From assembly GCA_001831095.1 (NCBI GenBank), contig MIDP01000013.1, forward strand, positions 2,364-66,363: a stretch of DNA of 64,000 nucleotides. The letters are read 5' to 3'. Shown here one piece after another: positions 1 through 7,577 of the stretch. The notes under the pieces were generated by a model. The model saw only the letters and a program-made list of their open reading frames with translations. It was not told the DNA's origin and did not search any database. This DNA comes from Verrucomicrobia bacterium GWF2_51_19. GTDB lineage: Bacteria; Verrucomicrobiota; Verrucomicrobiia; Opitutales; UBA12508. Both the position numbers and the translations under genes were made by a program. Position 1 is the stretch's first letter; each line of letters opens with the position of its first letter.

Positions 1-503
1 ACCAAGCCGACATCCGCCCCAAAAGCCAGTTGATCGCCGAAAAGAAAGCTTTTGGGAAAAACGCCCTTCTCAACAAGGCACTAGGCTTGTCCGCCGTCTT
101 CCTTTTTCTCTTGTTGCTGGGCTACGCTGGCCTCTTTGCCGGCAAGCTTTTCGTTCAAAAACAACAACTGCAATTCGAGGCCCAGGCGCCACGGGTCAAG
201 AAAATCGAAGCGCAAGACGCCCTCGTTACCAAGATTGACGGCATTATTTCAGAAAACTTTCGCCCATTTGAGCTCCTGGAAGTCTTGAATCAAGACCGCC
301 CCACAACGCTCTACTTTCTATCCTCGACACTCGAAAACAATCACCGGGTAGAGATTGTCGGCGTCGCTCAAAACATCAACGAAGTCAACGCTTATCGCCA
401 ACGCCTGCTTACATCCAAAGACCTGAGCTCTGCCGAACTCGACCGCGTTGAGTCTGCGATGGGCAAGGTGACCTTTAACCTCTACGTGAATTTCAAAAAA
501 TAA
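1..503 (+). CDS. PilN-like pilus/secretion-system inner-membrane assembly protein (5' end may lie outside the window)
   Basis: The frame is open from base 3, and the ORF-track start at 30 is a TTG. One TM helix (LGLSAVFLFLLLLGYAGLFAG) is followed by a coiled-coil and a small alpha/beta domain. The stop overlaps the next start (TAATG). The gene lies two genes upstream of a secretin. Confidence 0.55.
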   Translation, partial: QADIRPKSQLIAEKKAFGKNALLNKALGLSAVFLFLLLLGYAGLFAGKLFVQKQQLQFEAQAPRVKKIEAQDALVTKIDGIISENFRPFELLEVLNQDRPTTLYFLSSTLENNHRVEIVGVAQNINEVNAYRQRLLTSKDLSSAELDRVESAMGKVTFNLYVNFKK

Positions 504-1027
504 TGCGACTGCTAAAACGCAAACTCTCACTGCGCGAAAAAGGGCTCTTGACGGCTTGTGTCTGGGGCATCCTCTGTTTGTGGTTGAGCAGCGAGCTCAA
601 GGGCTTTCGAGAGCTGAATGGCCAAGTTGACACCATCGAAAAGGCACTGAAAAAACAGTCTGTTTGGATTGCCAACGAGGGGCTCATCCGCGAACGCTTA
701 CAGCAGTTGGTCAGCCGCCTCGACATCAAGAAGTCCCTCGACCGCAACACCTTCGCTGGACGCGTCGACGAATTGGCCGCAAAGAGCGCCATTCACTACA
801 CCCTCGAGTCCCCTAAAGAACAAGCAGGCGACGTCTTTGACATCTTTTCGCTGAAGTTGCGCTTTCGGGATTGCGACCTGCCTAGCCTCATTGCTTTCGA
901 AAAGGCCATCTACGACGAATCGCCCTACATGAGCGTTGAGTCGCTGCAGATGAAGCCAAACCCAACCAACCCGCAGTTGCTGAACGGCACCTTTGCTATA
1001 CTTGGAATGAAATTGACACTAAAATGA
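503..1027 (+). CDS. PilO/GspM-like inner-membrane assembly protein
   Basis: 174 aa with an N-terminal TM helix (LLTACVWGILCLWL), a coiled-coil and a C-terminal ferredoxin-like region. It sits between the PilN-like gene and the secretin, and its stop overlaps the secretin start. Confidence 0.5.
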   Translation: MRLLKRKLSLREKGLLTACVWGILCLWLSSELKGFRELNGQVDTIEKALKKQSVWIANEGLIRERLQQLVSRLDIKKSLDRNTFAGRVDELAAKSAIHYTLESPKEQAGDVFDIFSLKLRFRDCDLPSLIAFEKAIYDESPYMSVESLQMKPNPTNPQLLNGTFAILGMKLTLK

Positions 1028-3174
1028 AACGACTATTCCTATTTTTGATCCCCTTATTGACATACGCGATGCCCGCGGCCGATATCGTCAAAGACATGGA
1101 CGATGAGCCCGTATTCTTGGACAAGGATAACTTTATCGCGCCCGAAAAAGAGTCAGAGACCATTGACTCCATTGTACTCGTCGACGAGTCTGCCCAACAG
1201 ACCCTCGCCCTCTTGGAAAAGTTGACTGGAAAGATCATTCTGCCGCAACAAAATATTCCCAAAGTCAGGATCAACCTCAACATCAACACGCCCCTCAGCA
1301 AGGAAGAGGCCATTCTCGCCATCGAGAGCATTCTCGTCCTCAACGGTATCGCCATCACCGAAATGGGCGACAAGTTCCTCAAAGCCGTGCCCACCAGCCG
1401 CGTCAAGAGCCAATCCCCGACCTTTTTATCAGAATCGTCACTGCCGCTCGTGTCCAGTGAAAACATTTACACCAAGTTTTTCCGCCTCACCTACCTCTCG
1501 ACAGACGAAATTCGCATGATGCTCGCCCCCTCGATGACACCCGAATCATCGGCCCTCGTGACGCTGCAAAAATCAAACTCCATTCTCGTCACCGACACGC
1601 TGTCCAACATTCAGCGCGTGGAACAGATTTTGGAAAAGATCGACAAGCCGGCAGACGTCCGCGAAGAGGTGCTCTTTTACGCCCTCAAAAACACCAGCGC
1701 CAAGGACCTCGTTCAACACCTCACACGCTTTCAAAACAACATTTTTGGAAAGTACCTGAAGGGCAACACCAGCTTTGAGGCCGATGATCGCACCAACCAA
1801 CTCATCGTCATCACGCCGCCCGGCCACAAGCCCCTCATCGATCAAATTGTAAAAGGTCTCGACCTCGATATTCAACCGCTGACAAAGAGCGAGGTGTTTT
1901 ACATCAAGCACGCCCAGGCCAAAGACCTCTGTGCCGTCCTCAAGCGCGTCATTACGAGCCAGCAGGACAAAGAAGAAAAGAAAGATGCCGACAAAAAAGA
2001 TGCCGACAAAAAAGATCAAGATGACCAGTCGAAAACGCCCGCACAAACCTTCTTAGATCGCCTGCGCCAAATGCGCGAACAGCAGCAAAAACCAACGACT
2101 GGCTCAAGTGAAAGCGCCCAAAAGTTCAGCAAAGACTTCTCTCTCGACTTCGACGAGCGCAGCAACGCCATCATCGTTTTCGGTAACCCAACAGACATCC
2201 GCCAAATCAAAGAGCTGATTGATAAAGTTGACATCGTCCTGCCCCAGGTGCGCGTCCAGGTGATCATTGCCGAGGTAAAGCTCACCAACGACCAGGTCTC
2301 AGGCCTGCAGTCCTTCGGCATCGGGTATAATGAAAAATACAATGAATCGACGACAGGAACTACCATTCTGAAAAACGGCGAAAAGATTTATTTGAAAAAC
2401 ATTTCGAGCGCCATCACGACAAAACTATCGTCTCCATTTACATTGAATGGCTCCCTCCAAGATTTTGCCATCGATACTGTCTTTCAAAAAGCTCAAGAAA
2501 ATCAGAATATTCAACTCTTGTCGGCACCGATGATTCTAACGACCCACAATCAAGAGGCCTCTGTAACTATCGGAGAAAAACGTCCTATTGTTGAGGCCGT
2601 TGATACCAACAAAACTGATACCAACAACGTTACACAACGCGTTAAATACCAAGATATCGGCATTACATTGAAGATAAAGCCACTCATAGGTTCCAATGGC
2701 ACCGTTCAACTCAAAATTGATCAGACAGTCGATAACATATCTGGTTCGACTACTATCAATAATAATTCTCAGCCGATTATCACAAACAGGACGACTTCTT
2801 CCTTTGTCAGTGTCAATGACCGAGACACAATTGTTCTGTCCGGTCTACAGGAGCGTACCAACACGAAGACAAAATCAAAAGTTTTCCTCCTCGGATATTT
2901 GCCTTTCTTGGGCAGCGCGCTTTTTTCTCCAGAGAGTGACGTTGTAGAAACTCGTGAACTGATCCTCTTTATCCGTCCGCAAGTGGTCTACATGCCGAGT
3001 GATGCCGTTCCGCATGCCAAACAGATGATGGAGCAGATTGATGGCGGGAAGGACATTCAAACTTTCACAGATACCGGTAAGTTCCCACTGGAAAAGACGG
3101 AGCCAGAAAAGGGCAGCAAAGCGACGAGCCGCACAGAAAAGTTGTACAACAAAAAGATGGATGAAAGTAAATGA
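1024..3174 (+). CDS. Secretin (PilQ/GspD family outer-membrane channel)
   Basis: Signal peptide and repeated NolW-like N domains. The C-terminal secretin domain begins VLPQVRVQVIIAEVKL and ends LPFLGSALFS...RELILFIRPQVV. A low-complexity KKDADKKDADKKDQDD linker is present. Confidence 0.9.
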   Translation: MKRLFLFLIPLLTYAMPAADIVKDMDDEPVFLDKDNFIAPEKESETIDSIVLVDESAQQTLALLEKLTGKIILPQQNIPKVRINLNINTPLSKEEAILAIESILVLNGIAITEMGDKFLKAVPTSRVKSQSPTFLSESSLPLVSSENIYTKFFRLTYLSTDEIRMMLAPSMTPESSALVTLQKSNSILVTDTLSNIQRVEQILEKIDKPADVREEVLFYALKNTSAKDLVQHLTRFQNNIFGKYLKGNTSFEADDRTNQLIVITPPGHKPLIDQIVKGLDLDIQPLTKSEVFYIKHAQAKDLCAVLKRVITSQQDKEEKKDADKKDADKKDQDDQSKTPAQTFLDRLRQMREQQQKPTTGSSESAQKFSKDFSLDFDERSNAIIVFGNPTDIRQIKELIDKVDIVLPQVRVQVIIAEVKLTNDQVSGLQSFGIGYNEKYNESTTGTTILKNGEKIYLKNISSAITTKLSSPFTLNGSLQDFAIDTVFQKAQENQNIQLLSAPMILTTHNQEASVTIGEKRPIVEAVDTNKTDTNNVTQRVKYQDIGITLKIKPLIGSNGTVQLKIDQTVDNISGSTTINNNSQPIITNRTTSSFVSVNDRDTIVLSGLQERTNTKTKSKVFLLGYLPFLGSALFSPESDVVETRELILFIRPQVVYMPSDAVPHAKQMMEQIDGGKDIQTFTDTGKFPLEKTEPEKGSKATSRTEKLYNKKMDESK
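1981..2010 (+). repeat. 15-bp tandem duplication (aaagatgccgacaaa x2) inside the secretin linker
   Basis: Direct reading; encodes KDADK KDADK. Confidence 0.9.
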
Positions 3175-3773
3175 GAATAAGCCCCACAATCGCGCTATTC
3201 TTCGTTACAAGCGTCTTTGCCGATGAGGGCATTTCGAACCTCGTTAAAAATTCACCGTTCATACCTTACAACTACAAGGCCAATGCGCGCAATCGGCCAG
3301 GAGTGAAGGCTGAAGATGCCGTCAACCTCGAATTTCACGGTGTCTTTTTCAACAATGGCAAGGAGTTTTTCAGCATTTGGGACAAGACGGCCAACAAGGG
3401 CTATTGGGTCACACGCGAACAGCGGCCAGGCCAAACAATGCACGTTCTCGACTACGATGTTTCGAGCAAACAAGTGACCCTCCAAACCGACAAGGGCCCG
3501 CAATCCCTCAAGCTCATCACGTCGGCTGAAGGACCAAGCACGTTCGTTCCTGGCGCCGGCGGCCTGATCCGTCCAAACCTACTCTCACCGAAAAAGTCGA
3601 AAGACGATGACGATGACGATGATGATGATGATGACGATGATGACGATGATGACAAAGACACGCAACGTCGGAAAAACATCGAACGCCTGAAAAAACTCCT
3701 CTCACACTTGAGAGAAAAACAACGAATCGAGAACCAACAACAGGGCTCCTTCGCCGTTAACCAATACCGGTAG
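3171..3773 (+). CDS. Secreted protein with a possible PilP/GspC-like beta domain and a 17-residue poly-Asp tract
   Basis: Signal peptide MRISPTIALFFVTSVFA. The beta-rich segment (HGVFFNNGKEFFSIWDKTANKGYWV...VTLQTDKGPQSLKL) resembles PilP/GspC HR domains. D17 run at 3603-3653. The start overlaps the secretin stop. Confidence 0.6.
   Translation: MRISPTIALFFVTSVFADEGISNLVKNSPFIPYNYKANARNRPGVKAEDAVNLEFHGVFFNNGKEFFSIWDKTANKGYWVTREQRPGQTMHVLDYDVSSKQVTLQTDKGPQSLKLITSAEGPSTFVPGAGGLIRPNLLSPKKSKDDDDDDDDDDDDDDDDDKDTQRRKNIERLKKLLSHLREKQRIENQQQGSFAVNQYR
3603..3653 (+). repeat. Imperfect GAY trinucleotide run encoding 17 consecutive Asp
   Basis: gac gat gac gat gac gat gat gat gat gat gac gat gat gac gat gat gac, read directly. 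Confidence 0.95.
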
Positions 3774-3834
3774 CCTTTGTCTAGTATTGAGCGCTTCATC
3801 TCCATTAGGCCATTGATGTTTATTTAGTTAGATT

Positions 3835-3958
3835 AAAGACAGATGCAAAATGGCTCTATAGCAAGGCCCGAGAAGCGAGGGCGACAGGAGCGTACGTTTG
3901 TACGTGACTTAGCCCGAACGACGAGAACGACGCTAGAGACCATTTTGCATCTGTCTTT
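3835..3958 (+). repeat. Family A structured intergenic element, copy A1
   Basis: A perfect 19-bp outer inverted repeat (aaagacagatgcaaaatgg / ccattttgcatctgtcttt) encloses the conserved core ctatagcaaggcccgag..gcgacaggagcgtacgtttgtacgtgacttagcccgaacgacgagaac..gctagag. The element supplies the last 8 codons and the stop of mrdA. Confidence 0.9.
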
Positions 3959-5834
3959 GCAATAGCCTTGCAAACTCCTTAAAAATCGCCCTGGCGACGG
4001 GGCCAGCAGTTGTTCCGCCGTAGAAGAGGTCGCGGTCGTCGCGCTCCTCAATTGCAACAGCAACCGCGATTTGTGGGTCTTCGATCGGTGCAAAGCCGAT
4101 GAACCACGCGATGTGCAAAAAGCGCTTGACGCCCGCCACGCGGATTTGCGCCGTGCCTGTCTTTGCGGCTATACGGAATCCTTGAACGGAGACTGATTTT
4201 GCTGTGCCTTCCGTCGAGGCCATTTCCATACCTTCGAGAAGCGCCTTCATGTGTTCGGGACGCAGGCCAATAGCCTCTCCGCCGTGTTTAGGTTGTTTGT
4301 GGGTGTCGTGGACGAGCGTTGGTTGCGTACGCGTCTCTCCTCGAGCCAATGAGGCAACAAAGCAGGCCATTTGCAGCGGAGTTACCCGCGTAAACCCCTG
4401 TCCCTGTACCATATTGGCTGTATCACCACCCGTCCAAGAGCCCAGATCGCGGCGCTTTTTCCATTGCTTGTCGGGAATGAGACTGCTTGGCGTCTCTGGC
4501 AACTCGATGTGCGTGACCTGATTTAGGCCAAAACGCCTGGCCTCGTCGGCAAGCATCTCGTGGCCACACTTCAGCGCGTGTTCGATGAAAAATGGATTGC
4601 AACTGAGCGAAATCGCGTGGCGGAAGTCGAGTTGCCCGTGTCCCCAAAGGTTGTTGCAGTGAAACTGGCGGTTGCCAACCATTATCGAGCCAACACAGTT
4701 GTGGACGTCATGCGGGTCGAGGTAACCGTTGCGAAGCATCGCGATCGATGCAATCACCTTAAACGGCGACCCCGGCGGATAGAGCCCCTGCGTCGCACGA
4801 TTCACCCAGGCGCCCCTTTCGGTAATCGCGTCGTAGGTAGCTTGCGGAAGATAGGGCGTGAAGTCGTTGAGGTCGAAGTCTGGCTTGCTCGCCAACACAA
4901 GGACCTCGCCCGTTCGCACGTCGAGCGCCACCGCCGCACCACGATTGTCGCCCAGGGCCATTTCAGCCACTTCTTGGAGGTCGGCATCGAGGCTGCAATA
5001 GAAATCTTTGCCCTGCTCCGGGTGCTTTTTCAACAGCTGTTCGTACTTGTAACCAGACGGGTCGACCAGGCAGACTTCGTACCCGCTGAGGCCCTGCAAA
5101 TGGCTGTCAAAGCGCGCCTCCAGGCCCATCTTGCCCGATTTCCCCTTGATGCTAAAAGTGGTCAAATTCTCGCCCGGCACGCTGTCAGCCGTTTCCGACG
5201 ACGACACGACGTACCCCAAGGTGTGCGCCGCCAGCGAGTCGTAGGGGTAGACGCGGACACTGTCAACGTACACCTGAATTGGGTAACGCACAGGCAATTG
5301 CTCGGTCAGGATCGCATACTCCTGCGGCGTCAAGTCCTCGATCAGCGTCATCGGCAACAACATGTGTTGATAAAAGTGACGCTCCAGCTTTTTGGGATCA
5401 ATCTGGACGTTTTTTTGAAGCAGTGCGTTGATCTTGTCTAAATACTTTTGCAAAACCGCTGCCCGAGCAACACGTTTAATGTCATCACGGTCGACGCGCT
5501 CGTTCTTTTCGCGCTGCTCGCGGACAAGCTGGATGTACCTCTCGGCAAACTCCTTGCGCAACTCCTCCAAATACGCCACAACGCAGAAACGTGGACGATT
5601 GCCCACCAACAATATCCCTTTTCGATCGTAAATATTGCCACGCGTCCCAGGTGTTATCAACCGCCGCATGCTCTGCTGCTGCTCCTTTTCCTCGTAAATC
5701 GACGCCTGTATAAGCTGCCTCCACGCGAGTCCAAAAAACAGCGTAGCAAACGCCACCCCACTCAATAAGTAAAAAAAACGTATGCGCGGCGTGAAACTCC
5801 GGTGAGACTCGAAGGGCTTTTCATCTGCTTTCAT
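3933..5834 (-). CDS. mrdA: Penicillin-binding protein 2 (elongasome transpeptidase)
   Basis: N-terminal TM anchor, PBP dimerisation domain and transpeptidase domain (SPFK, KTGTA motifs). I chose the start at 5834 (MKADEK) because it forms an ATGA overlap with the mreD stop; the ORF-track start is 5858. Confidence 0.9.
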   Translation of the reverse strand: MKADEKPFESHRSFTPRIRFFYLLSGVAFATLFFGLAWRQLIQASIYEEKEQQQSMRRLITPGTRGNIYDRKGILLVGNRPRFCVVAYLEELRKEFAERYIQLVREQREKNERVDRDDIKRVARAAVLQKYLDKINALLQKNVQIDPKKLERHFYQHMLLPMTLIEDLTPQEYAILTEQLPVRYPIQVYVDSVRVYPYDSLAAHTLGYVVSSSETADSVPGENLTTFSIKGKSGKMGLEARFDSHLQGLSGYEVCLVDPSGYKYEQLLKKHPEQGKDFYCSLDADLQEVAEMALGDNRGAAVALDVRTGEVLVLASKPDFDLNDFTPYLPQATYDAITERGAWVNRATQGLYPPGSPFKVIASIAMLRNGYLDPHDVHNCVGSIMVGNRQFHCNNLWGHGQLDFRHAISLSCNPFFIEHALKCGHEMLADEARRFGLNQVTHIELPETPSSLIPDKQWKKRRDLGSWTGGDTANMVQGQGFTRVTPLQMACFVASLARGETRTQPTLVHDTHKQPKHGGEAIGLRPEHMKALLEGMEMASTEGTAKSVSVQGFRIAAKTGTAQIRVAGVKRFLHIAWFIGFAPIEDPQIAVAVAIEERDDRDLFYGGTTAGPVARAIFKEFARLLQRQMQNGL

Positions 5835-6331
5835 TGGCTCGCCTTTTTCAAAAACCAACTCTGCAATTCAAAAAACCAAAGCGCAACAGGAAATATTGTC
5901 AATGTTGAAAAAATCAAGTCGCCAACAGTCCTCGTCCAATACCCACATGCATGCCAATGCGGCTGCCCCAACAAGAAAATCTGGGCAATCCCCAGTAACG
6001 CGTTCAAAACAACCGCTAAACAGGCCGCTTGAAAGAAGTTACACTTTTGGAAAACATTTCTGAAAGCCGCTAATAACCCGTACCCAACCGCAAATAATAC
6101 CAACGATTGCCCCGAGGTCACCGGCAGTAACGCGTCAAAAAAATACCCCGTCAAAGCCATGCACAATAACCCTTGAAATACATTTAAATATAACCCCGAA
6201 TAAACCACCAACGCACCCCCCCAATATAAATACACAGCTAACCCACTCAACCCACTGTTCACCACTCCGTTCAGTCCTATCAGAACCCCGTTACTCACCA
6301 AAAATATAAAAAATCTTAAGTCTCTATGCAT
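5831..6331 (-). CDS. mreD: Rod-shape-determining protein MreD-like
   Basis: 166-aa polytopic membrane protein immediately upstream of mrdA and overlapping it. The call rests on size, topology and synteny only. Confidence 0.6.
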   Translation of the reverse strand: MHRDLRFFIFLVSNGVLIGLNGVVNSGLSGLAVYLYWGGALVVYSGLYLNVFQGLLCMALTGYFFDALLPVTSGQSLVLFAVGYGLLAAFRNVFQKCNFFQAACLAVVLNALLGIAQIFLLGQPHWHACGYWTRTVGDLIFSTLTIFPVALWFFELQSWFLKKASQ

Positions 6332-6345
6332 GTGAACGTTGTACT

Positions 6346-6444
6346 CGGGAAACCCTTTTTATAGAATAAAAAGTGTTTCCCGAACCCTTCCCAAAAACAC
6401 TTTTTTAGCGAAACATAAAAATACTTCGTATTTTTTTATTTCGC
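6346..6444 (-). repeat. Family B two-hairpin element, copy B1
   Basis: Read on the minus strand, hairpin 2 (6408-6444, gcgaaa..tttcgc type) comes first, then hairpin 1 (6346-6382, gggaaac..gtttccc type). The mreD ATG follows 15 nt later. Confidence 0.85.
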
Positions 6445-6480
6445 AAAACTTTTTTTAAAAACGGCAGCAAAAAACAAAGT

Positions 6481-6604
6481 AAGGCCGCTTCAAGATGCGC
6501 CTATAGCCAGGCCCGAGGAGTGAGGGCGACAGGAGCCTACTTAAGGTAGGTGACTTAGCCCGATCGACGAGAACGCCGCTAGAGGCGCATCTTGAAGCGG
6601 CCTT
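6481..6604 (+). repeat. Family A element, copy A2
   Basis: Perfect 20-bp outer inverted repeat aaggccgcttcaagatgcgc / gcgcatcttgaagcggcctt. The core is the same as A1, but the central hairpin is cctac-ttaag-gtagg. Confidence 0.9.
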
Positions 6605-6850
6605 TTGCAGCGTTAAAAATAGATGCAAAAATGCGGCTTGGCGCGAGCACGATTCGGCCGTAGCGGCATGGCGATCCATCCGGCTTCTCCAATTTTTTTG
6701 CGAAATATAAAAATGCATGCATTTTTGTGTTTCGCTTTAAAAGTTTTTTGGAGAGGGGGTCGGGGAGAGACTTTTTTTCAAAAAAGTCTTTCCCCGTGGC
6801 CAGTCGGCGGAGCGAGAAACGCATTTTGGCGCTATTTTCAACGCTGTCTT
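6605..6850 (+). repeat. Family T2 element, copy T2-1, interrupted by a family B copy
   Basis: The left part (6605-6692, ..aaaaatagatgcaaaaatgcggcttggcgcgagcacgattcggccgtagcg..) and right part (6796-6850, ..ggccagtcggcggagcgagaaacgcattttggcgctattttcaacgctgtctt) align with the uninterrupted copies. B2 lies between them. The right end overlaps the PP2C stop codon. Confidence 0.8.
6700..6795 (+). repeat. Family B element, copy B2 (nested inside T2-1)
   Basis: Hairpin 2 at 6700-6735 (gcgaaatataaaaatgcatgcatttttgtgtttcgc) and hairpin 1 at 6762-6795 (ggggagagactttttttcaaaaaagtctttcccc). Confidence 0.85.
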
Positions 6851-7577
6851 AAAAGAAGAGGGCGATGGCAGAGAGATTATCCGGAGCCTCCTTCTCGTAG
6901 GCAATTTTTTTAATTTCTGCGAGTAGATGTTCGGGTGTATCGTAGGCCTTCATGAGCATGCCCATGCGGTGTTCGCTGATAGTTTTGGTAACGCCGTCTG
7001 TGTAAAGGAGAAGTTTATCGCCAGGGAGAAGCTCGTGTTCATAGAAGTCAATATCGAGGCTTGGACGTTGGCCGAGGCAGCGTGTGAGTGTGTGGTAGAG
7101 CTGTTCGGGAATGGAGGTGTATTTGCGTTTTTCCTCAGAGAGTGACTGCCAAATCTCCTGGGCGACTGTGTGGTCTCGAGTGAGCTGTTGGATTTCGCGG
7201 TTGCGGAAGAGGTAGATACCGCTGTCACCGGCGTGGCCGATTGAGAAGAAGTTTTCGCGGAAGGACAACGCTGTCAAAGTTGTGGCGATGCCGTACTCGG
7301 GGTAGAGTTTTTTGCCTTCGTCGAAGATTTTTTTATTGATGTCGTTGAAAATGATGTCCCAATCGACGGGCCGGCCTGGCAAGGAATTGGCCTTGAAGAG
7401 TCCAGCGAGGTCACGGACTGCAATTTGGCTGGCGACGTCACCATCGGGCAGGCCTCCGAGGCCATCGGCGACGGCATAGAGATGTAAGTCATTGTCAATG
7501 AGAAAAGAGTCATCGTTTTTCTCTCGCCCCAGGCCGATATCCGTAAAGCCGGCAACCTTAAATTTTATCTCGGACAT
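6849..7577 (-). CDS. PP2C-family Ser/Thr protein phosphatase
   Basis: 242 aa with PP2C motifs (GREKNDDSF, AVADGLGG, DGVT). Confidence 0.85.
   Translation of the reverse strand: MSEIKFKVAGFTDIGLGREKNDDSFLIDNDLHLYAVADGLGGLPDGDVASQIAVRDLAGLFKANSLPGRPVDWDIIFNDINKKIFDEGKKLYPEYGIATTLTALSFRENFFSIGHAGDSGIYLFRNREIQQLTRDHTVAQEIWQSLSEEKRKYTSIPEQLYHTLTRCLGQRPSLDIDFYEHELLPGDKLLLYTDGVTKTISEHRMGMLMKAYDTPEHLLAEIKKIAYEKEAPDNLSAIALFF

Noticed and set aside
1024-3174. The secretin as the outer-membrane ring (SctC) of the T3SS suggested by the translocon-like module.
   Set aside because: It lies in an operon with PilN- and PilO-like genes, 52 kb from the translocon module. No other injectisome genes are nearby. 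A type IV pilus or T2SS-like role is the simpler reading.
6455-6913. Small ORFs (61-96 aa) running through the repeat-filled spacers, for example 6455-6718, 6579-6824, 6623-6913, 3833-4093, 15092-15310 and 57960-58187.
   Set aside because: They are composed of repeat families A, T2 and B, which occur in both orientations and different frames elsewhere. The conservation pattern follows stem pairing, not codons.
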